64,000 nt of DNA, taken from Eledone cirrhosa (taxonomy: Eukaryota). The notes beneath the pieces were generated by a model. It was not told the origin of the DNA and ran no database searches. It saw nothing but the letters and a program-made list of their open reading frames with translations. Below, one piece after another: positions 12,751 to 26,556 of this stretch; within the stretch, counting starts at the first letter, position 1, and every line of letters begins with the position of its first letter. A program made the position numbers and the translations under genes. The DNA lies in assembly GCA_964016885.1 (NCBI GenBank), contig OZ024743.1, positions 230,702,001 to 230,766,000 on the forward strand, in the 5' to 3' direction.

Positions 12751-13426
12751 TATATATACATACACATACATCCAGATACACACATACATACATACACACA
12801 CACACACACATATTTATATATTAATTTATATATATATATATGTATATATATATAAGAATAAAGTTAGTCCTTTATCAGTGATCTTCCAACCTTCATTGGT
12901 ATTTCATCGCTTTAAAGACCATATACTTCCGGCTGGTGCGACCAACGGCTAAAGAAAATCGTTGGGACACGTAAATAAGGGGAACGAGCGAGACTGTAAA
13001 CAATCAAAGATGGTAATGCAACGAAAAGTATATATATATATATACATTGTTACACATGGGGCTAATTACAAAATTGCGGCTAGTTGGTTTTAAAAGGGAA
13101 TCGTAGATTCAAGTGAAGCAATTTAGAAGTTTATTCAGTAAGAAATCCATATATTACATACACATACCTGGAGTCATTCAAAATTTGTTATGTGTTCAAA
13201 TTTGTTCTAAATTCAACTGATATAATGTTGTTAGAAACTGATCTTCCATCGCTAGCGATAGCCGATAGGTTTGAGCTATTTATATACAGAACATGCAAAT
13301 TTTACAAGCATATATGCATATATATATATATATATCCACCCGATATGCAAATTGAGCTACTCAGCCGTTCATATGCATAAGGAAAGTATATACTTTCGGA
13401 CGTTTAACAATCTGGCAGGAAGGTAT

Positions 13427-13469
13427 ACGTTGCTGACGATAGCTAACAAGCTTGAAACTAGTACAGCGT
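13427..13469 (+). ncRNA. Minimal type-I hammerhead ribozyme
   Basis: ACGTTG-CTGACGA-tagctaacaagctt-GAAAC-TA-GTA-CAGCGT. Stem I shows a G.U to U.G double change relative to 9537-9579. Confidence 0.85.
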
Positions 13470-13689
13470 TCCTTTGTCAGTGTTAAACAAACGAGCAACG
13501 GTGGTTGCTGGACACTGCGGCTTAATACGGGATGTTTGTTTACAAACACAGCGAGCATTATAATAAATCTTTCGTAAATCCATACGTACATATATATATA
13601 TGTGTGCATGTATGTGTATATATATATATACATACTACTGTACGTCTGTATACATGTCTGTATGTACTTATACATACTTATATTTAAGT

Positions 13690-16600
13690 CCTGGGTATGA
13701 CATTAAACTACATCCAGTGGCAAGGCTCCAGTTCGGGAGTTCAGGAGATGTGGGGAATGTGGAGTTACCCCTTAGTTGTCATGACGCCCAGGTCTGCCCT
13801 GGCCCGGGGTGGTAGTACCTGTTAGGGCTCCATTTATGGGTTAAATAACTACCTTATTCGAGTGGCGCCGGTAAGGTATTGTCAGCCATTGAAAAGAAAT
13901 ATGGAGAGTCGATCTAACAGCACTAGGGTTAGAGCCCCTAATTCCACTGTCAAGGAGCAGCCTGGTCGTTATGACTCTGCTGGCTTAGAACCACAGAGAG
14001 AGCCAGTGGATGATGGATCAGCTGTCTCTGAGACAAATATAAAAAATACAGTTTTGTCCTGCAGAAGAGCCATCAAAATGGGCACTTTGAATGTGAGGAC
14101 TATTCGAACGCAGGAGAAGGGAGAGGAGTTGGGACATCTGTTCGAGGAGAGTGGTATACAGATACTTGCGATCCAAGAACACAGGATTCTACACGATGAG
14201 CCCGTGAGGAGTGTGATGATCGGGAGGAAGAGCCAGCTCATCACTACATCGGCAGTGAAGAACACAACAAATGCTGCAGTAGGAGGAGTGGGTTTTGTGT
14301 TCAGTGCAAAAACCAATCTGTTAGTGAGGGAAATAATGCCTATCTCCCCGCGAGTGTTGAGGGTGACCTTCAATGGAAACCCAAGACTGACAGTCATCTC
14401 AACCTATAGTCCAACCGAGGGGGACAGTGATGTGAATGCCGAGGAGTTCCATGAGGAGGTGTGTGGAGCTGTCAACACCACTGAGGCACACAATATCCTG
14501 CTTGTTTTGGGGGACTTCAATGCACATCTGAGTAAGGAGGGCAGTGAAGATCCTTGCTGGTACTTCCATAACAACACCAACCGAAATGGAAGACTACTGA
14601 GAGACACCCTGCTGGAGGCGAACTTGATGGCGACCAACCTAAGGTTTAGGAAGAATCTGGGGAAGATGTGGACCTACATCTCAGATATGCACCTGTCCAA
14701 GTCCCAGATTGATTTCATTCTGGTGAGGAAAAAGTGGCGGAATAGTGTTCTGAACACGGAACCATACAGCTATTTCAGTACACTGGGTAGTGACCACCGG
14801 CTTGTTATGAGTGAGGTCCGCGTGAGCTTAAGAAAGAGCAAGGCTCAGCCCCGGAGAACAATCTATGACTGGGGAGCTTTCAAGGAAGATGATAAGCTAC
14901 AGGAGAGGTTCACAGTGGAAGTGAGAAACAGGTTTAGTGCTCTGTGTGGAGAGTCAGAGGAGAGAGAGATTGGATGGACTGAGGAGAGTGTGACGAGGAG
15001 GTACGGGCACTTCACCAATGCAATGGCGAAAGCAAGTGAAACCCTGGTGCCGAGGAAAAAGAACAAAGGGAAGCACGTCAGCTCTGCAAACCCAAAAGTG
15101 TGTGCAGCCAGAGAACACCTGAAAGCTGCCAGGGACCAATTCTATGCTGATCCTACGGAGGAGAGGATGGAGACTGTGGGGGTGGTGAGGGAAGAGCTCT
15201 GTACCGCTTACACTGAGGTCAGAGAGGAGGCACTGATAGAGAAGATCAGAAGTGTGGAGAGAGCGGTTGACAGATCTGGATGTAAGGAGAGCTGGATGAT
15301 CATCAACGAGATCACAGGGAGGAAGAGAAGGTGTTCGAGTCAGATCCAGGGAAGGGGGCCCGAGGATAGGAAGAGAAAATGGCTAGACCATTTTAGGACC
15401 ATACTAGGAGAGCCACCCTCCACAGCCCAGAGCACTGGGGAGATCAGGCGGCTGTTTGAGGAACTGGATGTTGAGACAGAGCCCTTCACCAGAGAGGAGC
15501 TTCAGAGAGCCAAGAAGAAGATCAAGGAGGGCAAGGCTCATGGAGAAGATGGAGTGGCATCAGAGGTGATGAAGAGATGTGATTTTGATGATATCATCCT
15601 GGGGTTCTGTAACGGGGCACTGGAGAAAGGAGTTGCCCCGAATCAGTGGAGGATCAGTAACATCGTCCCAGTGCCAAAGAAGGTAGATCTCTCTAACACC
15701 AACAACTACCGGGGGATCTCACTGGCGTCACTTGTGGCAAAGACCCTCAACAGGATGATTCTTAACAGGATCCAGCCTGAGATGGAGAAGAAGCTCAGGG
15801 ACAACCAGAACGGCTTCAGAGAGGGTAGATCAACCACCAGTCACATCCTGATGCTGAGGAGGATATTAGAGGGAGCTAGAGCAAAGTGCCTTCCTGCGGT
15901 CATGGTTTTCATTGACTTTAGGAAGGCCTTTGATTCTGTGGACCGTTACTGCCTGATGAAGATCTTACAGGCTTATGGAATCCCCAAGAGGATAGTGGAC
16001 CTGATATCACTGCTCTACACCAACACCAAAGCCCAAGTCATTACACCTGATGGGATGACAGAGTTCTTTGAGATACTGGCTGGAGTGCTCCAGGGAGATA
16101 CATTGGCTCCCTACCTTTTTATCATCGTAGTGGACTATTGTATGCGCCTTGCACTGGAGAAACACCAGGACTCTGGCTTTACTGTAGCACCGGCTCAGAG
16201 CAGGAGAGTTGGGGCGAAAAAGGTATCGGATGCTGAATTTGCCGACGACATAGTTTTGGTGACAAATACAGTGAAGGAGGCAGAGGATTTGATGCGGGAG
16301 GCTGAGACTGTGTCGATGAGTGTGGGGCTGAGAATGAATGAGACTAAAACAAAATATCTGGTAGAGAATGTTGAGAAGCCAGAGGGGATCACTAATGTAG
16401 GCGGGAAGCCGCTGGAATTGGTTGAGGACTTCCTGTATTTGGGAGCAAAGATTGGGAATACGGAAGATGATGTGGTTGAGAGGAAGAGCAAGGCCTGGGA
16501 GGCGTGTCACAGCTTGAGATCGGTGTGGAAGTCGGACCTTCGTAGAGACCTGAAAATCCGCCTCTTCATTGCTGTAGTGGAGTCTGTGCTGCTGTGTGGG

Positions 16601-17008
16601 TCTGAGACTTGGACACTGACCAAGAGACTCACTCAGATGATGGATGGGTGCTACACGAGAATGCTGAGGATGGCTCTGAACATTAATCAGAATACACTGA
16701 GGATGAAAAACTCAGAGCTGTATGGGAGCATCCCAAAAGTCAGCTCAAAAGTGACACAGAGGAGATTGAGGTTGGCTGGACATGCTCACCGACATCCAGA
16801 GTTGACATTGCACTCAGTGCTCCTTTGGGAGCCCCTACAATAACACACTAGAAGATGAAGACCAAGGTTAACATATGTTGATGCCCTAAGGACAGACACT
16901 GGTCTGTTGGAGATGCAGGATATGGCAGCGATAATGAGGGACAGAGACCGCTGGAGAGAACTCATCCATGGATCTCGGGAATTTTACCCGCCTTAGATAG
17001 ATAGATAG
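13690..17008 (+). mobile_element. Full-length RTE-clade LINE with (TAGA)n tail and 10-bp TSD
   Basis: TSD ATATTTAAGT at 13680-13689 and 17009-17018; single APE-RT ORF; TAGA repeats begin at the natural stop. Confidence 0.92.
13862..16843 (+). CDS. RTE polyprotein: APE endonuclease + reverse transcriptase; the last ~50 codons are cut by two nonsense changes (natural stop 16994-16996)
   Basis: GTLNVRT, AIQEH, LGDFNA, QIDFIL, SDHRL (APE); NYRGISL, QNGFR, FIDFRKAFDSV, GVLQGDTLAP, FADD (RT). First ATG at 13901; stops at 16841 and 16856. Confidence 0.92.
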   Translation: MAPVRYCQPLKRNMESRSNSTRVRAPNSTVKEQPGRYDSAGLEPQREPVDDGSAVSETNIKNTVLSCRRAIKMGTLNVRTIRTQEKGEELGHLFEESGIQILAIQEHRILHDEPVRSVMIGRKSQLITTSAVKNTTNAAVGGVGFVFSAKTNLLVREIMPISPRVLRVTFNGNPRLTVISTYSPTEGDSDVNAEEFHEEVCGAVNTTEAHNILLVLGDFNAHLSKEGSEDPCWYFHNNTNRNGRLLRDTLLEANLMATNLRFRKNLGKMWTYISDMHLSKSQIDFILVRKKWRNSVLNTEPYSYFSTLGSDHRLVMSEVRVSLRKSKAQPRRTIYDWGAFKEDDKLQERFTVEVRNRFSALCGESEEREIGWTEESVTRRYGHFTNAMAKASETLVPRKKNKGKHVSSANPKVCAAREHLKAARDQFYADPTEERMETVGVVREELCTAYTEVREEALIEKIRSVERAVDRSGCKESWMIINEITGRKRRCSSQIQGRGPEDRKRKWLDHFRTILGEPPSTAQSTGEIRRLFEELDVETEPFTREELQRAKKKIKEGKAHGEDGVASEVMKRCDFDDIILGFCNGALEKGVAPNQWRISNIVPVPKKVDLSNTNNYRGISLASLVAKTLNRMILNRIQPEMEKKLRDNQNGFREGRSTTSHILMLRRILEGARAKCLPAVMVFIDFRKAFDSVDRYCLMKILQAYGIPKRIVDLISLLYTNTKAQVITPDGMTEFFEILAGVLQGDTLAPYLFIIVVDYCMRLALEKHQDSGFTVAPAQSRRVGAKKVSDAEFADDIVLVTNTVKEAEDLMREAETVSMSVGLRMNETKTKYLVENVEKPEGITNVGGKPLELVEDFLYLGAKIGNTEDDVVERKSKAWEACHSLRSVWKSDLRRDLKIRLFIAVVESVLLCGSETWTLTKRLTQMMDGCYTRMLRMALNINQNTLRMKNSELYGSIPKVSSKVTQRRLRLAGHAHRHPELTLHSVLLWEPLQ

Positions 17009-17064
17009 ATATTTAAGTAACAGCCGTACTAAGGGTGGGAAATGAAATTTCGTTTCATTTTTCC

Positions 17065-17102
<38 letters not shown>

Positions 17103-17499
17103 CATACATATATATATATATATATATATATGTTGATGAAGTAAACTCCATTCCTCTTGCTCTAGTAGGCTTTTATATTTATATGTGAGCTGATAGAGTA
17201 CAGTCTAAGGATTTACAGAAACCCAAGAAGCTAGATTTAACACCTTTCTAGTGGGTCCGGGTATGATTTTACATTCATTTAAATTATTGATGTATTGTTT
17301 TATTGATATTTTTTATCTGTTTGTCCCGAATCTTCTATTATCGATTTTTTATCGTATGGTTGATTGTAGACTTGTTCTATGTGTGACGGTATTTTAACGA
17401 TAGTTATAGCTCTGATTCATCTGAATTATTGAGCCCTCTGCCGCTCATTTCGAATATTGTTTATCGTGAACTCGTGCGCCGATTTTTCGATACTCGATC

Positions 17500-17542
<43 letters not shown>

Positions 17543-17552
<10 letters not shown>

Positions 17553-17781
17553 TAAACGGAATAGAAAATGCTGACAAATTGTTCACAGTTGAAAAATGGT
17601 TTAATTAGGAATAAAAGAGTATTAGTGATTGTATGGGTTAGTATTCAGTTGTGGTTTTAAAAACTTAAAACCACAAATGAATACTAACCCATACAATCAC
17701 TAATACTCTTTTATTCCTAATTAAACCATTTTTCAACTGTGAACAATTTGTCAGCATTTTCTATTCCGTTTACCAATATAT
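17543..17781. repeat. Near-perfect fold-back palindrome, ~115-bp arms, 4-nt spacer
   Basis: TTGGTAAACGGAATAG...GTGGTTTTAA aaac TTAAAACCAC...CTATTCCGTTTACCAA with one visible mismatch, next to (TA)n. Confidence 0.92.
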
Positions 17782-17893
17782 AATAACTTGTGTGTTACAC
17801 ATCTATTCCTTTAACTATATATATATATAGTTAATGAAATTCCAACCGTGATATATATATATATATAGTTATGAAATATATATATATATAGTT

Positions 17894-18993
<1,100 letters not shown>

Positions 18994-18996
18994 ATA

Positions 18997-19047
<51 letters not shown>

Positions 19048-19484
19048 TACATCATATATATACCTCAATGAAAAATTAATAAACGCCTGATTGCAGTTAA
19101 CTTCTTTTATTGTTGAATTAAACGTATTTCTAGGGATAACTGATTACGTCATTAGGCCATGGCGCAATGCAATCGGTGGCCCCATCTGATGGCATGAACA
19201 TAATATATGTAGTTATCACAAAAATTATAACAAAAACAAACAAAACAAAAACAAGGATACAGAAAGAGCCGAATTAACGATGTTTGTGCCAAGACGATTC
19301 GCCACGATATACCACAGCTGTGATAGACGATACACACGATGTTGAATGTTTTACTCACCAAAGTCTGGAATTACTAGATCACAAACGCTGGTAGTGAAAC
19401 CATACAACGTAAATAATTCATAAATATATATATATATATACAAATAGAATACACAAGAATGAAAGCTATGTTAGAACATTTAAT

Positions 19485-19531
19485 TGCTGACAATTGTTTC
19501 TTCCAAGCCTAGGCTTGGAGATTTCGGAGCA
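19485..19531 (-). ncRNA. Degenerate hammerhead ribozyme
   Basis: Minus strand: TGCT-ccgaaat-cTCCAAGCC-ta-GGCTTGGAa-GAAAC-AATT-GTC-AGCA. All three stems are intact; the CUGANGA core is damaged. Confidence 0.45.
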
Positions 19532-20528
19532 TTATTAATAATGTTTGTACATATAATCAGCCTCCTATTCCGCTGAAGAATCTTACAGATACATATTGTG
19601 GACAACAGTGTGGGATAGATGCGACATATATTATGTTATACTATAATTGTACAATAAGATTCAAAATTAAAATTAAAAGCTTTTGGTGGAGCACATGTGA
19701 CAGATAATGCAAGAGCGTCTAGTAAATAAATAAAATTAAAGAGACAGTACGTGTGTTAGTTATATATAAAGCAATTGAACAAGCAAAAGTATCAAGCATT
19801 TATGAATGATGGGTGTTGCATACAAAATACAAGCACTTAAAGCGGGTGTAATATTATATTATGGTGGTTGCAATGCGGAGATATTTTCTGTGTAGATCAA
19901 ATATGTGTGTGTGTAGAATAAGAAAGTTCCAGGTTTCACATCCAGTACATTTGTCACGATGTATTTGTATTGAGTGTCTGGTATAGTAATGGCTTGTAAT
20001 GTAAAGTAACTTAGTGTTATTTAGTCCGTATCGTATACTACATTTGTAGAGTTGGGAGAATTTTCTACTGTTTAATATCCGGAAGTGGGAATGGAAATAA
20101 AGGTAGCTAATGCGTAAGCGGAGGTAACTAGCTCATTATAATGATTATTAAATTCATTGTTCTAACGGAACTTATATAGTGTTATAATTGAGGGTCTAAT
20201 ATAGAAACGATATATTTATATTTAATTTAATTTTAAACCCAGTCTACTCTCTCCTAATACGATAAGGTATCATTAGAAAGTTGCCTATCAAATATTATAA
20301 AGAGCCATAATTTAATTTCCCATACATTTATATTAATTTAATCTTAGATACAGTCTACCCTCTTAGATACAGTCTGCCCTCTATATATTACTGCTCTGTA
20401 TAACAAATGATGTTCTAACATTGAACTATTTATCTTACTGCTAATAAATTACTGACCTTACCTGTTTATAGTTGTATATAGTATAATATATGCATAAATA
20501 TAAATAGTATCTTTAATATTATATATAT

Positions 20529-20582
<54 letters not shown>

Positions 20583-20614
20583 ATATATATAATATTAAAG
20601 ATACTATTCATAGT

Positions 20615-20686
<72 letters not shown>

Positions 20687-20687
<1 letters not shown>

Positions 20688-21494
20688 TAAGACAGGGGGG
20701 GGAGAAAAAAATGGCTTCACTTGTGCTTTCAACAGATTTATTTTCTTCACAAAATCCAAAAATAATTTTTTTTTTTTTTTTTCCGGATTATAAAAAATTT
20801 TCTTAAAAGAAATTTTTTTATATAAATTAAGTTGTTGGTTGTTGGTTAGGTCTTAGGAGTTCTTGGTTAACGTAGGAGGTATTGTTTCGTTTTTAGAAAG
20901 ACCTTTCACGCTGAGGTGCGCTTCTCCCCCTTTAATAAGTGTAGGTGTGTAGGTGTGTTGAAAAAATGTTAATAGCAGTAATGAGTTGAGACAGTGAGTA
21001 GGTTTGGGTGGGGAGAAATGTAGCAAGTGCGGCCTGCCCCGGTCATTCTCGAAAAATTCCTTTATTCAGGGGAAAAAGCTTTTAGTATTCCTTTGTATCG
21101 AGAATGGTCATAGGCAAACCGCACCTGCCAAGCTTGTAAACAATTATTTTTTTCTGAAGAATTTTTCTACGTCCATCCCAAAATTAGTCCTTTGTTCAAC
21201 ACACACATATGTGCGTATATACGTACATACACACACGGGCATATGTAGGAATATATAGGTACACACCATCAATCACACACCCATGTACATATACATCCAC
21301 ATACGTAAAAACATATAAAGACACATATAAAAACACATATACACATACGTACACACACGAATATGTACTCATACCTCCACATGGGTATATATATATATAC
21401 ATACATACATATACATACATATACACACATAAAGATACATAACTAAATATAGATATATACACATACACACACTCATACACACACACACACGTGT

Positions 21495-21527
<33 letters not shown>

Positions 21528-21867
21528 TATGTCCGTATATATACATCCGTCCACACATACATGCATACACACACACATACACACACACACACATATATAT
21601 ATAGAGAGAGAGGCATACATACACACATACGTATATATATATATACATATATATATATATGCATACATATATATATATATATACACATAAACACATACAG
21701 ACACATACACACATATACACATATATACACATATATATATATATATTTATATATATATACACACATATATGTATATATATATATATATATACATACACAT
21801 ACACATACACATACAAACACATACATACACACATACATACATACACATACATATACATACATATACA

Positions 21868-21903
<36 letters not shown>

Positions 21904-23807
21904 CATATATATAGATACATACACATACATACACATATATATATATATGTACACACAAACACATAAAGGCACATATATACATATATATATATATATATAT
22001 ACATATATATATACATCTACATACATACATACATATACACATACAGAAACATACATATATGTACACACATATATACATGTATGCACATACATACACACAC
22101 ACACATATATAGATACATACGTATATATACGCACACATATAAACATATATCTATATATATATATATATATATACATATATATATACAAATATACACATAC
22201 ATATATATACATATATATATACACATATACATATATATACAAACATACACACATATATATATATATACACACACACATACAAACATACACACATCCATAC
22301 ACATATATACACACACATACACACACCCACATACATATATACGCACACGTACATACATTCATACATACCTACACACACATGTGTGCGTGTCTCACCGTTC
22401 ACTCAGATATTCATGTGTACACATAAGAAGAGGGGGGGGGTAGTGAAATGGAATTTTACCTCCGAGTGTTAATTCATTTTTTCGTGTTCAGTAGTGGTTT
22501 AAATTTTTCAATGAAGAATTCTTCTTTATATCTGCGGAAATGTTCGTTATCCGACCATATCTTGAAGAAAGGGAAGATTGTGAATTTTCCCTTCCCGCAT
22601 GATGCAAAGTGTGCGCTACATATGGTATTTCTGACTGTGGAGTTTTTAATTTGTTGTTTATGTACCCTGACTCCGGTTTCCCCAATGTAATACTCTTTAC
22701 ACTGTGGACATGTTGCGCAATATATTAGGTTTTTCGTTTTGCAGTTCATGTTTGCATTGACCTTGAAATTATCATGGTTTTTGAAGGACAACTGTTTGCC
22801 CTCTTCGATGAGTTCACAGGTTTGACATCTAGGGTCCCCGCATTTCGTCACTTGCATTGATTCCATGTTGGTCGTAAATTTTGCCTTGGTAATTAGTTTT
22901 TTAAGGTTGGGTGCTTGGCGTCTGCTATAAATTATCTGTGTGATTTTTTAGAGTGCATTCATTTTGGTAGATTGCTGTAGAATCGGGAGATACTGCTTAG
23001 CAGTTTTCACAATGTTGACGTTCCCTGGGTTGTGAGTGATGACAAAAGAGATAACAGGGTTTTCTCTTTTATGTTGTGTGTTTGGTTTTCTCAGTGTTGT
23101 TATTGGGATGTTCTTAGCCTTGGAGATGGCTGCGTTGATGAGTTTCATCGGGTATTCTTGTTTTTAAGGAATTTTTTCAGGTCACATAATCTTTTTTCTT
23201 GTAGTACGGGGTGTGTTGCTATAGTGCAGATGCGCCTTGCCATGTTGACGGGAATGTTCCTTTTCGTATGTGAGGGGTGTGCTGACCGGAAATTTAAGTA
23301 TTGGCGTGTGTGAGTGGGTTTGCAAAATAGGTCCGTTATGATAATTCCCCTTCTTTAATGATGAGGATATCTAGAAAGGGCAGTTCCTTTTCGTTACATT
23401 CCATAGTGAATTGTATAGCTTCATGAAGCCTGTTTAAGATCGAATAACATTTTTGTAGGTCTGTTTGGCTTCTGGAGAAAAGGGGGGAAAAAAAACCCCA
23501 CCACACCACAAACATGTTAAATCCCTATATATAGAACAAGACACCACATACACATCAGTTTGACAAGCGCACCTCAGCATGAAAGGTCTTTCTAAAAACG
23601 AAACAATACCTCCTACGTTAACCAAGAACTCCTAAGACCTAACCAACAACCAAGAACTTAATTTATATAAAAAAATTTCTTTAAAAAATGTTTTTTCTAA
23701 TCCGGAAAAAAAAAATAAAAAAAAATAATTTTGGGATTTTGTGAAGAAAATAAATTTGTTGAAAGCACAAGTGTAGCCATTTTTTTCTTCCCCCCTGTCT
23801 TAATATA
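20687..23807 (-). mobile_element. 5'-truncated Penelope-like element bracketed by ~240-bp inverted copies of its 3' end
   Basis: Inverted repeats at 20687-20922 and 23566-23807; RT/GIY-YIG remnant at 22474-23435; long internal CA/TA microsatellite. Confidence 0.8.
22474..23435 (-). pseudogene. Penelope-like RT C-terminus/thumb + Cys-rich linker + GIY-YIG endonuclease (Neptune-like by linker, inferred)
   Basis: IQFTME..ELPFLDILI, KPTHTRQYLNF.SAHP, CGDPRCQTC, NLIYCATCPQCKEYYIGETG, EEFFIEKFKPLLN. Confidence 0.85.
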
Positions 23808-23839
23808 CCTAACTGTACCAAGGATTACACACATTTTCC

Positions 23840-24081
<242 letters not shown>

Positions 24082-24100
24082 TACATATATATATATATAA

Positions 24101-24388
24101 TGGAGGCACGTGGCCTAATTGTAAGGGTGTTGGACTTACGATCATTATGTCGTGGGCTCGATTCCTAGGTTGCGTGTTGTGTTCTTGAGCAAAACACTTC
24201 ATTTCACGTTGCTCCAGTATACTCACCTGAAAATGAGTAACAGCAATAGCTGGAGGTTTAACCCTGCGATGGACTGGCTTCCTGTCCAGGGGAGAGTCTT
24301 GTACTCTCAGTCGCTTGTCCCCATGAAACCGGGATAAGCACCGGGCACCGGCCAAATGAGCCTTCTGGCTTAAGACATACTTTAGACT
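24101..24388 (+). mobile_element. Second SINE family: tRNA head, CORE-like central domain and V-like segment
   Basis: TGGCCTAATTG A-box-like; GGCTCGATTCC B-box-like; TGTGTTCTTGAGCAAAACACTTCATTTCACGTTGCTCCAG (CORE-like); AACCCTGCGATGGACTGGC..GTCCAGGGG. Confidence 0.75.
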
Positions 24389-24396
24389 TTTTTTTA

Positions 24397-24441
<45 letters not shown>

Positions 24442-24791
24442 CATATCTTCATACATATATACGTATTCACATATTATTCACACATAATTACATACACATG
24501 TACATATACATCACATACAGAGAGACAGACATAGGTATATAAAGATATAAAGAGATGCAGGTGTTTGCGTGTGGGGGTGATAGTGTGTTCTGATACGTCT
24601 GGCTATACGTGTTTCTATGGCTGCATGCTTGAATATAAATTCGTGTACGATTGTCAGTAATTATATTGTATTGTACTGATTAAAAACATCTCGAAAATTT
24701 ATCGAAGTATTTGGTTATATTATATTGAGGTATTGATGTTTATAACCTCATTATAACAATTTTACAATGTATGACAGTTCAGACATTTTAC

Positions 24792-24909
24792 CAATGAAAA
24801 TAATTGTATTTTCACTTATGATTTGACTTGTTGTTGAAACGTTGAAACTGTTGTTCCAGTCGTTTCCGTACAAAATCAGTTCACAAACATTTACAATCTT
24901 GGACCCATT
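24792..24909 (-). CDS. Tentative internal coding exon of minus-strand host gene
   Basis: ctcagtAG acceptor; NGSKIVNVCELILYGNDWNNSFNVSTTSQIISENTIIFI with three N-x-S sequons; phase-1 G/GTAAAA donor compatible with 11595-11758. Confidence 0.3.
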
Positions 24910-26204
24910 CTACTGAGTAAATATATCTCCACAACACAATTATTTTTTATTTAATATTTAAACATGACCGTATTATTCACAAAGCAGGTCATATTTAAAA
25001 TAAGATTCCCCGCAGGGACATAGGAACCCGTAAAAGTTTGTGTTTTACTTGCTGTTATAGTGGAATGAAAGTTTGGATATAGATATTGCTAAATGTGTTT
25101 TGTTGTAGCCCTCCTGATTGTACGATATTGTACATGATATTGATCGATATTGTGTATATTTATCCAAATAAATTATTAGAGGAATTAACAAGGCGAGTGA
25201 AATATAAACACAATAACAACAACTGAAACAATATAACAGGTGAAACATAAGTTTACCTGATGCTGCTTTAATCATAACGTCTTGTTTCGCATGAAATAGC
25301 TTTAGCAAACCGGTTCTGCAAAGTAGTAAACGACATTAATACTGTAGATTTTCACTGCAATCTGTTCACTAATAAAGATACTATATTGATTATAATTCAT
25401 GAAATCGTTTTCTGATAATTTCTGTTAAATATTTAGATGATGTTAAGGGTTAGTTCCAAATATAGTGTTCTTCTTGTATTTTTATTTTTTTCGGTTCAAT
25501 TCACCCCTAACCTAGCACACTTTGTTCAAATTCTAGGCTTTACCATAGTATCATTTCTATGAAGACTAGGTATTTAAAGCTACATTTTCCCAATGTGTAA
25601 TTCCTTGTTTTAACACGTGATCATTCTGTCTGTTTCTTAAGTACATTACTTTCAGAATTATAGTATTCAATGTGTCTTTTCCATTGTGTATAACGAAGAA
25701 GAGAATATTAGCAAATAGACAACTTTAAGAAAAAGCAGTATGAATTGATAATTTATATAGATGCTGCTATGTGTTACATGTGAAGAAAATGTCTTTATTA
25801 TAGTACATTTTTATGTCATTTTTGTTTATTGTATTACATTGTTACGTTAACAATTGTGAAACTCAGCGGAAAGCAAACGTAAAAACTACACACTGCTCAA
25901 GACATAGAAACATCTATATAACTATCTTTCTATCTATTCATCAATATATCTAAGTATATATCAGTTTATCTTCAGTCTATCAAACGTTGTTGCATCATGG
26001 CAATACGCAGATATTCAAAACTGCTTTAACGTATGTTTGTTTAATCAGTATTTTAAAACTTATATGGTGGTTAATATATATATATGGAGGCCGGGAAGAC
26101 CACAAATCAGAATAGAAATTGTTACATGGTAAGATGCATAGTGAGTATATTAGGGAGGTAGTTGATCGACGGTAGCTCAGATCGTTTAGCTAGTAATCTC
26201 ACAA

Positions 26205-26556
26205 ATAGAGGAGGGGAAAGTCGGTTAAATCGACTCCAGTGCATTACTGGTGCTGTATTTTATCGACCCCGTAACGATGAAAGGGTAAGCTAATTTTGGA
26301 AAGATTTGAGATTACCTTTGCCTTTCGGGGTCGATAAAATGAAGTAGAAGTAACATACTGGGGTCGATTTAATCTACTTTCTCCCCGCACCCGAATTACT
26401 GGCCTTATGCTTACATTATACACCGTTATCAATCCCGTCGAGGTTAACTTTGCCTTTCATCCTTACGGGGTCGATAAAATAAAGTACCAGTAATGCACTG
26501 GGTAATTGCTGGCCTTGTGCCAAATGTAGAAACAATTATTATTATTATTATTATTG
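26205..26556. mobile_element. Cluster of SINE fragments: an inverted pair, then a 3' half (26432-26556) with (TTA)n tail
   Basis: TTTTATCGACCCCG on the minus strand and GGGGTCGATAAAAT on the plus strand; the tail abuts Dong copy 2. Confidence 0.7.

Larger units (their letters stand above)
13337..17060 (+). mobile_element. ORF-less hammerhead-bearing unit, copy 3 (diverged), interrupted by the RTE insertion
   Basis: 13337-13689 is homologous to 9447 onward. Homology resumes after the RTE at 17011-17060 (ATTTAAGTAAC..GTACTAAG..GAAATGAAATTTCGTT). Confidence 0.8.

Noticed and set aside
25045-25316. Further upstream exons of the minus-strand host gene
   Set aside because: Plausible donors and weak similarity to ~48378-48531, but one acceptor is missing and the phase does not join 24909; not called as a feature.
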